A stretch of DNA of 61,776 bases, the filler included, from Choristocarpus tenellus KU-1152 (lineage: Eukaryota; Protista; Phaeophyceae): assembly GCA_964200185.2 (NCBI GenBank). It is 10 parts of 10 records of this genome, joined end to end, with 100 filler letters (N's around TTAATTAATTAA, not from the genome) between each part and the next. Parts side by side here need not be neighbours in the genome. Positions count along the whole stretch, not along the records: positions 1 to 10,542 come from CAXNAD020002867.1; positions 10,643 to 21,671 come from CAXNAD020002556.1; 8 more parts are not named here. One strand, 5' to 3'. Below, in pieces: positions 1 through 10,705 of the stretch. Within the stretch, counting starts at the first letter, position 1; every line of letters begins with the position of its first letter. The notes under the pieces were generated by a model, which was given only the letters and a program-made list of their open reading frames with translations, made no database searches and was not told the origin of the DNA. The position numbers and the translations under genes were made by a program.

Positions 1-165
1 GTACAAGGGAGTGTACACAGAAATGGTACAAGGGAGTGTACACGGGAAGGGTACAAAGGAGTGTACACGGGAAGGGTACAAGGGCATGTACACCAAAAGG
101 GTACAAAGGAGCGTATACCAAAAGGGTACAAGGGAGTGTACACCAAAAGGGTACAAGGGAGTGCA
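1..165. repeat. ~25-bp tandem minisatellite (AAGGGTACAAGGGAGTGTACACCAA-like), about 6.5 copies
   Basis: Recurrent GGGTACAAGGGAGTGTACAC core with ~25-nt period; probably intronic to the APX gene; it generates the spurious ORFs 11..208 and 61..321. Confidence 0.9.
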
Positions 166-647
166 CTCAAGAAGTTCCATCCTGCAAGTGCAACTAACCA
201 CCCGGTGACCCCCAATTCCGTGTTCCATAGAGAGAAACCCATCACAATGAACCCAACTAGATGCAAAATCAATCAGAACAATCACCAAAGTACACGCAAG
301 CAATACAAAAATCGTAGATGACCATGTTTACAATTACAACAGTTACAACCAAATACACATTACATAGTCCCACCTTGTCACCGCCCTCCTTCAATACACA
401 CCATGCAAAAAAATCAAACCTCACCATTGCCTCAAAACCCCATTTCACACAACAAAGCACAAACCTTGCACTGAATCTCCTTAATTCCTAAAAAAAAAAA
501 TCTAAAATCACCCCTACTGCACCACAGCACACACGCCCGTCTCGTCCACTCAAGACCTTGGAAGAGAGCTCCAATCCCGCATCGCCCACCCCCTTGCCCC
601 AACATTTGACCCAGCAACTACCTTGCCAGAGTCTCAAATAATCACAC

Positions 648-3600
648 CTGTTGTCAAACTTAAGCCACTTCTCTGTCCATGAGCTTCCACCCTTGCGCCC
701 GTAACCAGCCTTGCCATCCCCCCGGGCAACGTGGTCACCACTGGTGAACTTTGTCGACTCAGCTCCCTCACCGCTCCGGTCCTTGAAGGCACGACCCAGA
801 GTGTGCGCCTTGTTTTTAAAAAAACATGACCATCACCCGTCGTGACAAGACGCGGAAGAGAAGTAGAGGTTAAAAAAAGAAAAGTCCAGTTCAGTTCACG
901 TAAAAGAAACTGACCGGTCAAATATCAATAATTTCAAGTAAGGAAACTGACCAAGTCAAATATCAATAATTCCAAGTAAGCAAACTGACCAAGTCAAATA
1001 TCAATAATTCAAATAAGCAAAGTGACGAAGTCAAATATCAATCATTCCAAGTAAGGAAACTGACGAGTCAAATATCAATAATATAGAGAGGCGTCTCTTG
1101 TCGATTATATTTTGATTCTGTTGTGGAGAGAGATTTAATTATTTATGTAACATGCTCAGAAGGCCCAAGGGGGGTCCACACGTAATTTCTGTTTTTTCTT
1201 TCCCTCCCTCCTTCCGCACTGTAAAAAATAGCGCGTGTGTAGAAAAGAAAACCCCCTTTTTTTTCAATTGAAAACATTTTTTTTTTAAATTGATTACTTC
1301 TTTTAATTCTTGTACTCGACCGACACGCAGAGAATCAAAAACAAAAAAATCTCTTTGAAAAACAAAATAAAACATCAAAAAAAAAAGTTAAGAATTGATA
1401 CGCCTCAGCAATGCCGGTCTCTTGTCATCATGAGTACACTCACGCCACTCAATGCCACAATGCCCTGGTCATCGAAACCCATCCGGTAGAAGACAGTTCG
1501 GAGGTGGTCCTGAGCACTCTCCTCCTTAGGGAAAGGCCTGTTTCCAGCGGGCAGGTTACCCTCAGGGGCACAGTCCTCGGGCGTCTGGGCATCTACCCGT
1601 CCGTAGACCATGTCGATTGCAGGCCCACCTAAAAAAAAAAGCACCCATTTTTTGTGTTAAAGAAAAAAAAGGCAATATATTACACAATAAAACGCACCCA
1701 CCCACCCACCCACCCGGGAAGGGATGGTTGTGACAAGCAATGGCATCAAAAAAGATACACAATGACACAAATATAAAAGGATCAAAAAATTAATGATGAG
1801 AGGCAGTGCTACTGGTGGGCCACAGGCCCTAACTACTGCTGGGCAAGAGGGGAAGAAAAATCACTTTGTAGACTATTTATTATATTATTAAGCATACATT
1901 CTCTTGTGCATCGCCTTCGGATGTCCTATCCAAACCTAGTACTAGGAAGGCGGAAGAGAGAGGACGGGCAGGGTGTATCCCCCGAACTTCAATGTAAAAT
2001 GCCACGTTATCGTAATATCACCTACTATACGATGGCCTCCAGCAGTGCGTGTGTGCTTCAAAAATAAGCGCACACCTTTTTTTTTTTCCTTTAGAGGGTA
2101 CATAGATCTGATATCGTCAAAGGAACTCAGAACAGAAAAGGGCGCATCTTAGGGATGCAGGAGAAAAAAGAGTTTCCACACAAAACCTCAATACAACGAT
2201 CCACGTAAACGAACCAAATCCCGAGTCAGATACTGTGACTACATCTTCCCGCAGAAATTCCAGCTCCCTCAAATCACGCCCAGCACATCCCACAATTCCA
2301 AGTGAGTTTTGGTATGTGCTACAGAAGCACGTGAGGAGCTCATCGTTTTACAACACGGAAAACATTTGCTTGATTTGATCATTCACCTCTAAAACAAAAA
2401 AACAAAAAAACAGAAAAAAAATGCACTGAAAAAACATCCGCTCCAACAGCGGGGGGGGGGGAGGGGGGGGGGGGAGGGGGGNNNNNNNNNNAATATATTT
2501 AATAAATATATGAAAAAAAACAAGTTATATTTCTTAAAGGTCCTTCGGAAACAAAGTATCGGGGGGGGGTGGGGGGTAGTGTAGGGTGGGAGACGACACG
2601 AGGACTTGAAAGAAGAGAAGGCCTCACCTGCAACCTCCACAGCCACTGCAGAGGCCATCTGCATCAGGTCGGCCCATCCGATGGAGTCAAACTTTGCCTT
2701 GATAGGCTTGAGGAGGGCAAGGGCCGTCGCAAGTCCTGCATTGGCACCGTGGTTGATCTCAGGCTCAAAGCGGATGGACCCGTTGGCTCCTCCGCACCTA
2801 TCAGTCAGTCAGGGACCGGGAACATCAGGTGCGGGTGTTGGTTGTGTAAGGTGAGGCGGCACTGTACTCTATGTTCAATAAAAAAAATACTGTTGGAAAA
2901 TACTTAATAACTTGGAGGTGTACGATAAGAAATTTCTCATTTCAAGAGCAATCGTGATAGCTGTAGTTAGGGTTAGGGATTGAGAGACAACAGCAGTGCC
3001 ACAGCACCACAATTACTTGCTCTGGGTCACATACTTACATACACAGGATGAACAAGGTTCAGGACTACTAAGATGATCAGCCCCACAGGAAAATAATAAA
3101 AATAATAAAAAAGTACATACAATGGATAACAAGAGAGAGAGAGACAGGGGCACAGACAAAAAAGAGTCGGAGGAAACAGGTTCCTGTTCTCACTTGGGCC
3201 AACTGGAGATGGGGATGTCCTTGTCGTAGGTTCCTGTGCAGTGAGGTCGTTTCAGTCAACACGTGGTGGAGAAGATGGCGGTTGAAAAGGGGAGAGACAC
3301 CACGAAAGCCGTACACGGTGAAGGCAAGTGCACCGATGTTATGAACTTGTAGCGATAGTTGATTCCTTTTTGAGGGCATACAGGCCATTTTTAAGTGGCG
3401 ATAAGTCAACCGTTCGTGTGGCTTACTCTGAGGGTGCAAAATAGAGAAATTGTGGAGCGACCAGTGCGATATGAATGTGGAGTGACCGATGCTCATGTGT
3501 CGGGTCACTCATGCGTCAGTGTTACAGCTCATGCCCTCACAAGCCATTCCCCACTTAATATTCAGCCACCTAGCAGCAATATGGGAAAGTTGATGACCTG

Positions 3601-4848
3601 ACGATGGCCTGGTACAAGCTTCAGCTCTATCTTATACCCTGCTCACTCGTGAGGTGTACTAATTCAGCATATAAGTACAGTTGATCAGATAAATACTACT
3701 CGCTCAACATAAATAGAAGAGTACAATGAACATAGGTGCAAGACCACACTTATGGAACACGCATCAGATGGAAAGGAGCTAAGGTTCTAACGCAGAAGAT
3801 CAGTTTGAATATCCTAATATCGATATCACCAAATAGAAATATAATGAAAGGAATTGTAGGGTGGTCAGTTGTAGAGCGGGCATGAAGTTACGCGTGTACT
3901 AAGAGTTGTGAAAGTGTAGGAACTTTTCTAATTGCCACTTACTCTGGATTGCGAGGTGGGCGTGATAGCAAAGTCCCATTACAATATTATCATTGACCAG
4001 GGAAGGTAGAAGACTCTAATAACATACACTGATTGAACTGGTGGAGTGATCAATATGTGTGGTTCTCCGTCACTTGATGTTGAGGCCATATCCTCCTTCG
4101 GCTGATGCGATTCCCATCTTGTATCACCCACTCACCAGAGTCGTGCCACGCCAGCCGCACAAGGATGGGGTGTGAGTTGGTACGATCGATCATCTCCGCA
4201 AGCGCCTCCTTGCACTCCTTCAGGGAAGCGATCTATCATTGGAGGTGGGAGGGTTGGAGCGGGGTAATAAGAAGATGCTTATGATGGTGACCAGCAAACA
4301 AGACCACTTGCAACATTTGGGCAATAATGAGAGTGAGTTGCACAGCAAGCAATGCGAGTATCAAAGGGGCAAGCCATTCCCAACCAGGAATATGCTATTT
4401 ACAATGATCGATCTAAGGTCAGGAGCAGTCCGTCAATTGTTTGAGCGATATGTAAGAAACACCCCTTTTGCAGCACTTCGCAAACATAGTGTAAGCAACC
4501 TTGTTCACTGAAAATCCCTCGACCTGACAACATCTTGAATATATGCCACTGCGACTAGGGTAGGATACTTATGATAATGTAGCCACCAATTGTTCGGCAC
4601 TCAATCCACCACACAAGTCCATGAATAGCATTAGGTAGGGAATTTGAGAGAGGAGCATATTCCTGGATTAATATTTGTGCACTATCAACCTGGTCGTCCA
4701 CAGAAGCCGACATCTTGACAGAAGTGCGCTGGCGAATGGAACCTGTGCGTGACTGCAAACCTTGTGATCCAAACCCTGCAGAGGGCATGAAGGCGGAAGC
4801 GCAATCCAGAGCAGCCACAGCCGCTACACACACAGCGATAGCCTTCAT
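648..4848 (-). CDS. APX: Plastid-targeted L-ascorbate peroxidase (class I heme peroxidase), 6 exons, 3' end runs off the window
   Basis: Exons 4848-4690, 4232-4136, 3233-3194, 2797-2628, 1628-1444, 808-648, all GT-AG and phase-compatible. Translation: [22 protein letters not shown] (signal + ASAF motif)...[16 protein letters not shown]...GGANGSIRF...HGANAGL...[29 protein letters not shown]...EGNLP...[34 protein letters not shown]...[14 protein letters not shown]. Distal R/W/H, proximal H, and the ascorbate-binding Arg (DRSG) are present. Confidence 0.95.
903..1081. repeat. ~37-38-bp tandem repeat (AAGGAAACTGACCAAGTCAAATATCAATAATTCCAAGT), about 5 copies, in APX intron 5
   Basis: Five near-identical adjacent units with no unique spacers. 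Confidence 0.9.
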
Positions 4849-5589
4849 TGTTGATATATGAGTGCTTACACAAATGTGCAGCGGAGAGGTTGCTTGTATG
4901 AGATGGGGTTACTGTTTGAGGTTGTGTGCCAAGTGAACCTTTGATTGAACGTTTACCTTTACTTTGCTGAGTCACCTTCTTGCCGTATCATGACACCGTA
5001 TCGAACCTATCCCACACAATTCTATATTGCGTTATAGTAATACGTCTATACATTTACAATGAAAGTATGAACGTATCGTTATTGAAAGATAACCAAACGA
5101 ATGAATACTAGATATATACTACATTATACATTTAACATTTTCCAGATGTGTTAGGGGAAAAACTAATGAACACTATTCACATGTCAGAATAACCCCTAAA
5201 AAAGTAAAATTTGTTGCAAATCTGAAAGTTATATATGTGACGGATAGGTCCCTTTGGGAGCTAATCTCAGTCCAAATACACATCCGCGCGCACACACAAG
5301 TGCATTGCGCGCATATTTCATTGTCAATGGTGACGTTCCCAACAACATCAAACACAGAGAACTCTTGAGAATTCTCAGACTTCATACCAGTAACGATCAC
5401 CAAAAGGTGACGTCATCTGGTGGAACTGGATTCTCTTAAAACTTCTCGTAAGATTTGACGGCAGAGAGACCTCGGGGAAGCACCCCACCCTGACACAACT
5501 GGTGATTCTGAACACCCCACACGACTGATTGGACCCTGCCTAACACAGTGGTACTCACGCCAGGACTTTTTTACCAAAAAGTTCTTTCT

Positions 5590-6322
5590 AAATTTTTGGT
5601 GGGTTTGGTAGTGATCGAACGGCTCGTACAATGGAGGGTTGAGCTCCGAGGTTGAAGACACACATGGCTAGGCAATCTGATAACTTCGGTTGCCCTTCCT
5701 CATTAACAGGAATGAGCCGGACGAAATTATCTACCGTCTGAACTACTCTGCGATCAAACGCTTGCGCTCGTTCCCACTCTGGCATGTTAAGGTGAATCGT
5801 CGTGCGAAAGTAGTCATCCAAAGGAAACTGTGACGCAAATTGGCGGGTAAACTCGTCTACCAACTGGTTCCATGGTAAAAAAAGAAGGTGCCAGCGCGTG
5901 AACACGACATATATGAACAAACCCTAGACGATTTGTGCTTACAAAATTTCGTACACATGCATCCGTCGGGGAATTCGTTGTCGCAGCGCCACGCCCGAAG
6001 TTTCTTTGCCACCACCCATTTTGCATCCTGGAACCAGTTGGTAGAGGAGTTTACCCGCCAATTTGCGTCACAGTTTCCTTTGGATGGATGACTACTTTCG
6101 CACGACGATTCACCTTAACATGCCAGAGTGGGAACGAGCACGAGCGTTTGGTCGCAGAGTAGTTCAGACGGTAGATAATTTCGTCCGACTCATTCCTGTT
6201 AATGAGGAAGGGCAACCGAAGTTAAGTTATCAGATTGCCTAGCCATGTGTGCCTTCAACCTCAGAGCTCAACCCTTCATTGTACGAGTCATTCAATCACT
6301 ACCAAAACCACCAAAAAAAATT
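5590..6322. repeat. Long inverted repeat inside Gypsy gag: arms ~5590-5871 and ~6029-6322, spacer ~157 bp
   Basis: ORF 5588..5920(-) and ORFs 5888/6245(+) encode the same peptide (WNQLV(D/E)EFTRQFASQFPLD...SLP(N/K)PPK) on opposite strands; the DNA arms are near-identical reverse complements. Confidence 0.95.
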
Positions 6323-8015
6323 GGTGAACTGGTGGATACAGCTGCGTTAGCGGATGCGTCACGGTCGAGCCTGGAGTTTGGTGACCGTTCCTACCGCAAC
6401 GTCACAGTGTCAGCTTTAAGCGCGGAAAATCTACTTGATTTACCTGTTCACTGAACTACGTTTTTCTGACTTGAAGCCTCTACACAAGTTGGCTAAAGAA
6501 CAGCAAACGGAATTACAGATGTGACGGACGAAGAAGCGCAACAACACTACTCCTGCTCGAGACCAAGCACCCCCACAGGAAAAACCAGACAAAAAACGCG
6601 TACGCGCTGAGTGTAAACATCATTTTGTGAATTTCCGGGATGTCGTGCTAGATCTAGAAGAGGCCGCAGTACAGAGCGTTGTTTCTTCAACCCAAATGGC
6701 GAAAATTTCAAACCTGATTATCGCCCACGCACGATTGATAACCCCAATCCCAAAGCCCCAACGAAATGATGCAACAATTTGTTGCAGCTCTTACTGCTTC
6801 GTTGTCAAAACAAGGTTCGATGGAGGTCCTAACTCCCCAAGATCAGACTAGTCAGGGTACTTCAAAGAGAGATGGGAAAGTCAACAAACGTGTATAGGGG
6901 TGCCCAGCAGAACTAGTTCCCTCTTCTTGTGTTGGGTCAGAGTCAGAGTTTACTGATAGAGCTTCTCATTTAGGAGGTGTTATTAATCTATTGGTTTCCA
7001 TACCAGTAGTGAGCAATGTTGCGGCAACTTGTCACTCAGATCGGCTAAATAACACAATACAAGGGCAACACCTGCCTAAACCAAATCTGTGCAATTTTTC
7101 TTTGGGATCCGACCCAGAAGTGGACAACCAACCAAGCTGTTCACCAAACCGGCCACTTGATGAATTTGAACACTCTCTCAATCAAATCATTCTAACCATT
7201 CTTTGGGCTCCAACCCTGCAGTGAAAAAACCTACAAAGGCCAGTCACTCAAGATGGCCAAATTATAATCTACTACCTCAGACTCATTTTGTTAATGCAAT
7301 AACATCCTCAGCAGTGAAGCATTCTTCCAAATTTATTGGAGCAGTGGGTGAAGACTTTGTAGCATCGCATTTGTGTTGCACCAAGTCAGTTTGTTAGCAT
7401 ACATCTGCAATTCAACATTACTCTCAACACCCTTGTACTTTACAGGTTTCATCTCATCGAGTATCGATTCCTGGCAAAATTGATAATGACTCAGTTTCAC
7501 ACATCACAGCTGATACCGCAACTGACATTCCGGTCATTAGCTATCGTTACATGCAAGCTCATCCCACCCTTTGTTCTGCTCACATCAATTCTATACCCGA
7601 TGGTGCCTTAAATTTAAGAGGAACTGGGGGAAGACCTTTGCAAGTACATGGCTTTATTCAATTTCAATTAACTTTGGGAAATAAAACACTACCTGTTCAA
7701 GCAGTTGTTCTACCATCCCTAGGAGTTGATCAAATACTTTTGGACAACAGTATCATGGCTGCTTTTGGAGCGAAGTTGGATTGGGATAGAGAAGAAATAA
7801 CATTTTCTGGGAGCACAGTTCGCATCCCAGCTGCTCATAAAATTTCTCCTATACCCATTGCTAATCCACCAACCACCAGTCAAAATACTCCTCAAACCTT
7901 TGCAACAAACATGACAGTGGCGACAGTTTCAACTGAGTTCACCGTACCTGTACATGTGAGACATGAAAAATATTTACCCCCGGGAACTGAAGCTGTTGTT
8001 TCATTATGTTCTCAG

Positions 8016-8225
8016 GCCTTACCTGGCTCAGCCAAAGATGCGGTTGTGGAGCCCATTGTCAAGACGAGCATGGACTTCATCAATCAGGAACAGCACCACT
8101 TTCCAAGGAACGATATCATAGCCTTACCTGGATCAGCCAAAGATGCTGTAGTGGAGCCCATGGTCAGGACGAGCATGGACTTCATCAACCAGGAACAGCA
8201 TCACTCTCCATGGAAAGATATCATG
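8016..8225 (+). repeat. In-frame 105-bp tandem duplication in the Gypsy PR-RT linker
   Basis: ALPGSAKDAVVEP(I/M)V(K/R)TSMDFINQEQHH... repeated at 8016 and 8121. Confidence 0.92.
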
Positions 8226-10542
8226 GTCAGTCGGTCTGTAACTGTTTGGGCAGAGGATGGATCTTGCCTAGTCAAAATTGCCAACCCTTCCAACCATGGT
8301 GTTAAAATACCTCCTCAATTTGTTGTAGGTCATATAGCACCAGTGGATCAAATTCATACCCTTTCGGAAGCACAGACCAGTACCATAGCGGCTACCCCAA
8401 ACACTCCAGAGGAGCTTAAACAAGCCCGTGATGAGTTGAAAGAAGTTTTTGGTAAAAAAGCCCTGGTAGATATAGTATTATCTGATAAGGAACTAGAAGA
8501 ACTATTTGACCTTGTTGCCAAATATCAACCTGTATTTTCACTCACTTCTGAAGAACTAGGCTGTTGCAACAATACCAGTGTTGATTTTCCACTTCAACCC
8601 AGGTACAGTCCCTGTGAATCGTCCACCTTATCGGACCGCACCCAAAATACGTGAGACAATACGTAGTGGTGTGGAGGACATGGAAAATCAGGGAATAATT
8701 CAACCCTCCTCAAGTCCTTGGGCGTCACCAGTAACCATAGTGACAAAACCTGATGGGTCTCCTCGATTCTGTGTAGACTTTAGGCTCTCATTGAACAAAA
8801 ATTTGGTACGTAATTCCTGGCCGTTACCATCTATGGAAGATTGTTTGGGTACACTAGGGGGAGCAAAATACCTGTCGTGTCTCGATGTTCAGGCAGCCTA
8901 CTGGCAACTACCCATCACCGATGCTACCGAATGCCAAAAAACTGCCTTTGTCACACCGGATGGAAAATACGAATTCAAAAGGCTACCCTTTGGTGTTGCT
9001 AATGCACCATGGATATATCAACGCTTCATGTCTGAAACGTTTTCAACGCTAGGACCGAGTATGGGCTTACTGATTTATCTTTATGACATTGTACTAGCCT
9101 CCCCAACGTGGAACCATCATATCCAACTTCTTGAGAGCGTATTGTCGTTACTGCAGCAAGTAGGAGTCACCCTCAAACCCTCTAAAGCCCAATTTGGCTC
9201 AAATACAATTCATTATTTGGGACATGAAGTCAGCCCTAGTGGTATTGCGTGTCACCAGATCGAATCAAGGCTATTACCGCTCTGAAAGCCCCTAAATCTG
9301 TGAAGGAATTACAATCCTTTCTAGGTTCCATGAACTTTATTAGGAAATACATTCCCCATTTGTTTACAATAACTGAACCCTTAGTGTCACTTACAAGGAA
9401 AAGTACGAAAAAAGCTGGAAAAAACAAAAGTCTATTTCAACTATGGGGACGAACACAGCAAAATTATTTTAATGAGTGCAAACGTCTATAAAGTATGGCG
9501 CCAGTATTAAGCTTTCCAGATCTTACTCGAGAGTTCTTTATTCACGTGGATGCTAGCGATGTTGGCATGATAGCTTTTTTGGCACATAAAAATGAGGATG
9601 ATAGTTTCCAAATTGTAGCCTACCATAGTGCTCTTTCTAAGCCAACCCAAAGACGATATTCAGCAACTCAAAAAGAATGTCTGGCCGTCATTCTTGCCAT
9701 CACAGATTGGCGCCCATATATTTGGGGAAAGCACTTGACAGTTGTAAGTGATCATTCGACATTACGTTGGTTACATACAATGCAAGATACTTCCAATATG
9801 TTGACCAGGTGGGCCATAGCCCTACCCTACAAGCTTTTGACTTCGCAGTTTTACATAAGCCGCGACGTTTACACTACATTCCGCATATGTTATCCCGGAC
9901 ACGGTTGGACGAATTTATGTTGAATGAAACACCACTTCCACTAGCTCCACTGTGCCGTAATATAGGCCAAACAGAGTCGAGTGTCTCCACGCCCAAGGTT
10001 TACCCTGCATATGATCTATCAGTGGATAAACTAGGTGAAATTACCAGGGTACAAAATGATACGGAACTATGCACTAGCGCCGTTAATGTGTTCCCAACAG
10101 TCGATCCTGATGTACTATTCAAAGCTCTACAAGTTCAATATGGAGACTATTTCAAATATTTGGCTAATAATCCAGAAAAAGCCCTTTTACCAAGAAACGA
10201 AACAATGTATACCATGTCTTACTATTTCACACAAGAAATGGAAGGCAATCAGACGTTATACAATTCTTATCAACCCGGTCACCTTCGAAAGAAGGATAAA
10301 TTCCGACATCAATTAGTAGTACCCACCGAGATATAAGGTTTAATACGTCATGCCCTTCATGACCATAACGTCTCAGGACACCTTGCATTCAAGCACACTT
10401 TTGATCGAATTCGTGACCGCTTTTGGTGGCCCACTTTACATAAAGATGTTCGAGCTTGGTGTGAAACATGTCAATCATGCCAAAGCTGCAAGATAACCCC
10501 TTCTAAACCATCAAACCCTCCAGGGCATATGCCAGTAACTCG

Positions 10543-10642
10543 NNNNNNNNNNNNNNNNNNNNNNNNNNNNNNNNNNNNNNNNNNNNTTAATTAATTAANN
10601 NNNNNNNNNNNNNNNNNNNNNNNNNNNNNNNNNNNNNNNNNN
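10543..10642. other. Artificial contig linker (44 N + TTAATTAATTAA + 44 N); identical linkers at 21672-21771, 28129-28228, 31516-31615, 40694-40793, 43932-44031, 47327-47426, 51313-51412, 55305-55404
   Basis: Identical 100-nt construct nine times; TTAATTAATTAA places stop codons in all six frames. Confidence 0.98.
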
Positions 10643-10649
10643 ATATGTA

Positions 10650-10705
10650 TATAGTTTTCATTTTTTCCCCCTGACACATCTGCAAAATGTCAGAGGGCAT
10701 AATAA
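10650..10705 (+). repeat. Dispersed repeat with a CTGACA...TGTCAG hairpin core (other copies 12480-12535 +, 46795-46852 -, 60345-60400 +)
   Basis: TTTTCATT..TTTCCCCCTGACACAT(CTGC)AAAATGTCAGAGGGCATAA recurs four times on three contigs. Confidence 0.85.

Larger units (their letters stand above)
5236..10542 (+). mobile_element. Degenerate Ty3/Gypsy LTR retrotransposon (putative 5' LTR, PBS, gag, PR, RT, RNase H, start of IN), truncated by contig end
   Basis: Putative LTR TGTGACG(5236)...CGTCA(5415) followed by PBS-like TGGTGGAACTGG (5418). Protease-like ITADTATDIPVI near 7503. RT motifs SPWASP, RFCVDFR, LDVQAAYWQ, KTAFVTPDGKYEFKRLPFG, YLYD (mutated YxDD). RNase H DASDVG, YSATQKECLA, SDH. Integrase Zn finger HDHNVSGH...CQSC at ~10357-10480. 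Order PR-RT-RH-IN indicates Gypsy; multiple frameshifts and stops. Confidence 0.95.

Noticed and set aside
903-1081. CRISPR-like ~37-bp repeats (also arrays at 1-165, 24328-24516, 27328-27479)
   Set aside because: Units are directly adjacent with no unique spacers, no cas genes are present, and the context is eukaryotic and mostly intronic
2482-2491. 10-N gap inside APX intron 4
   Set aside because: Ordinary scaffold gap at a poly-G tract; exons on both sides join in phase
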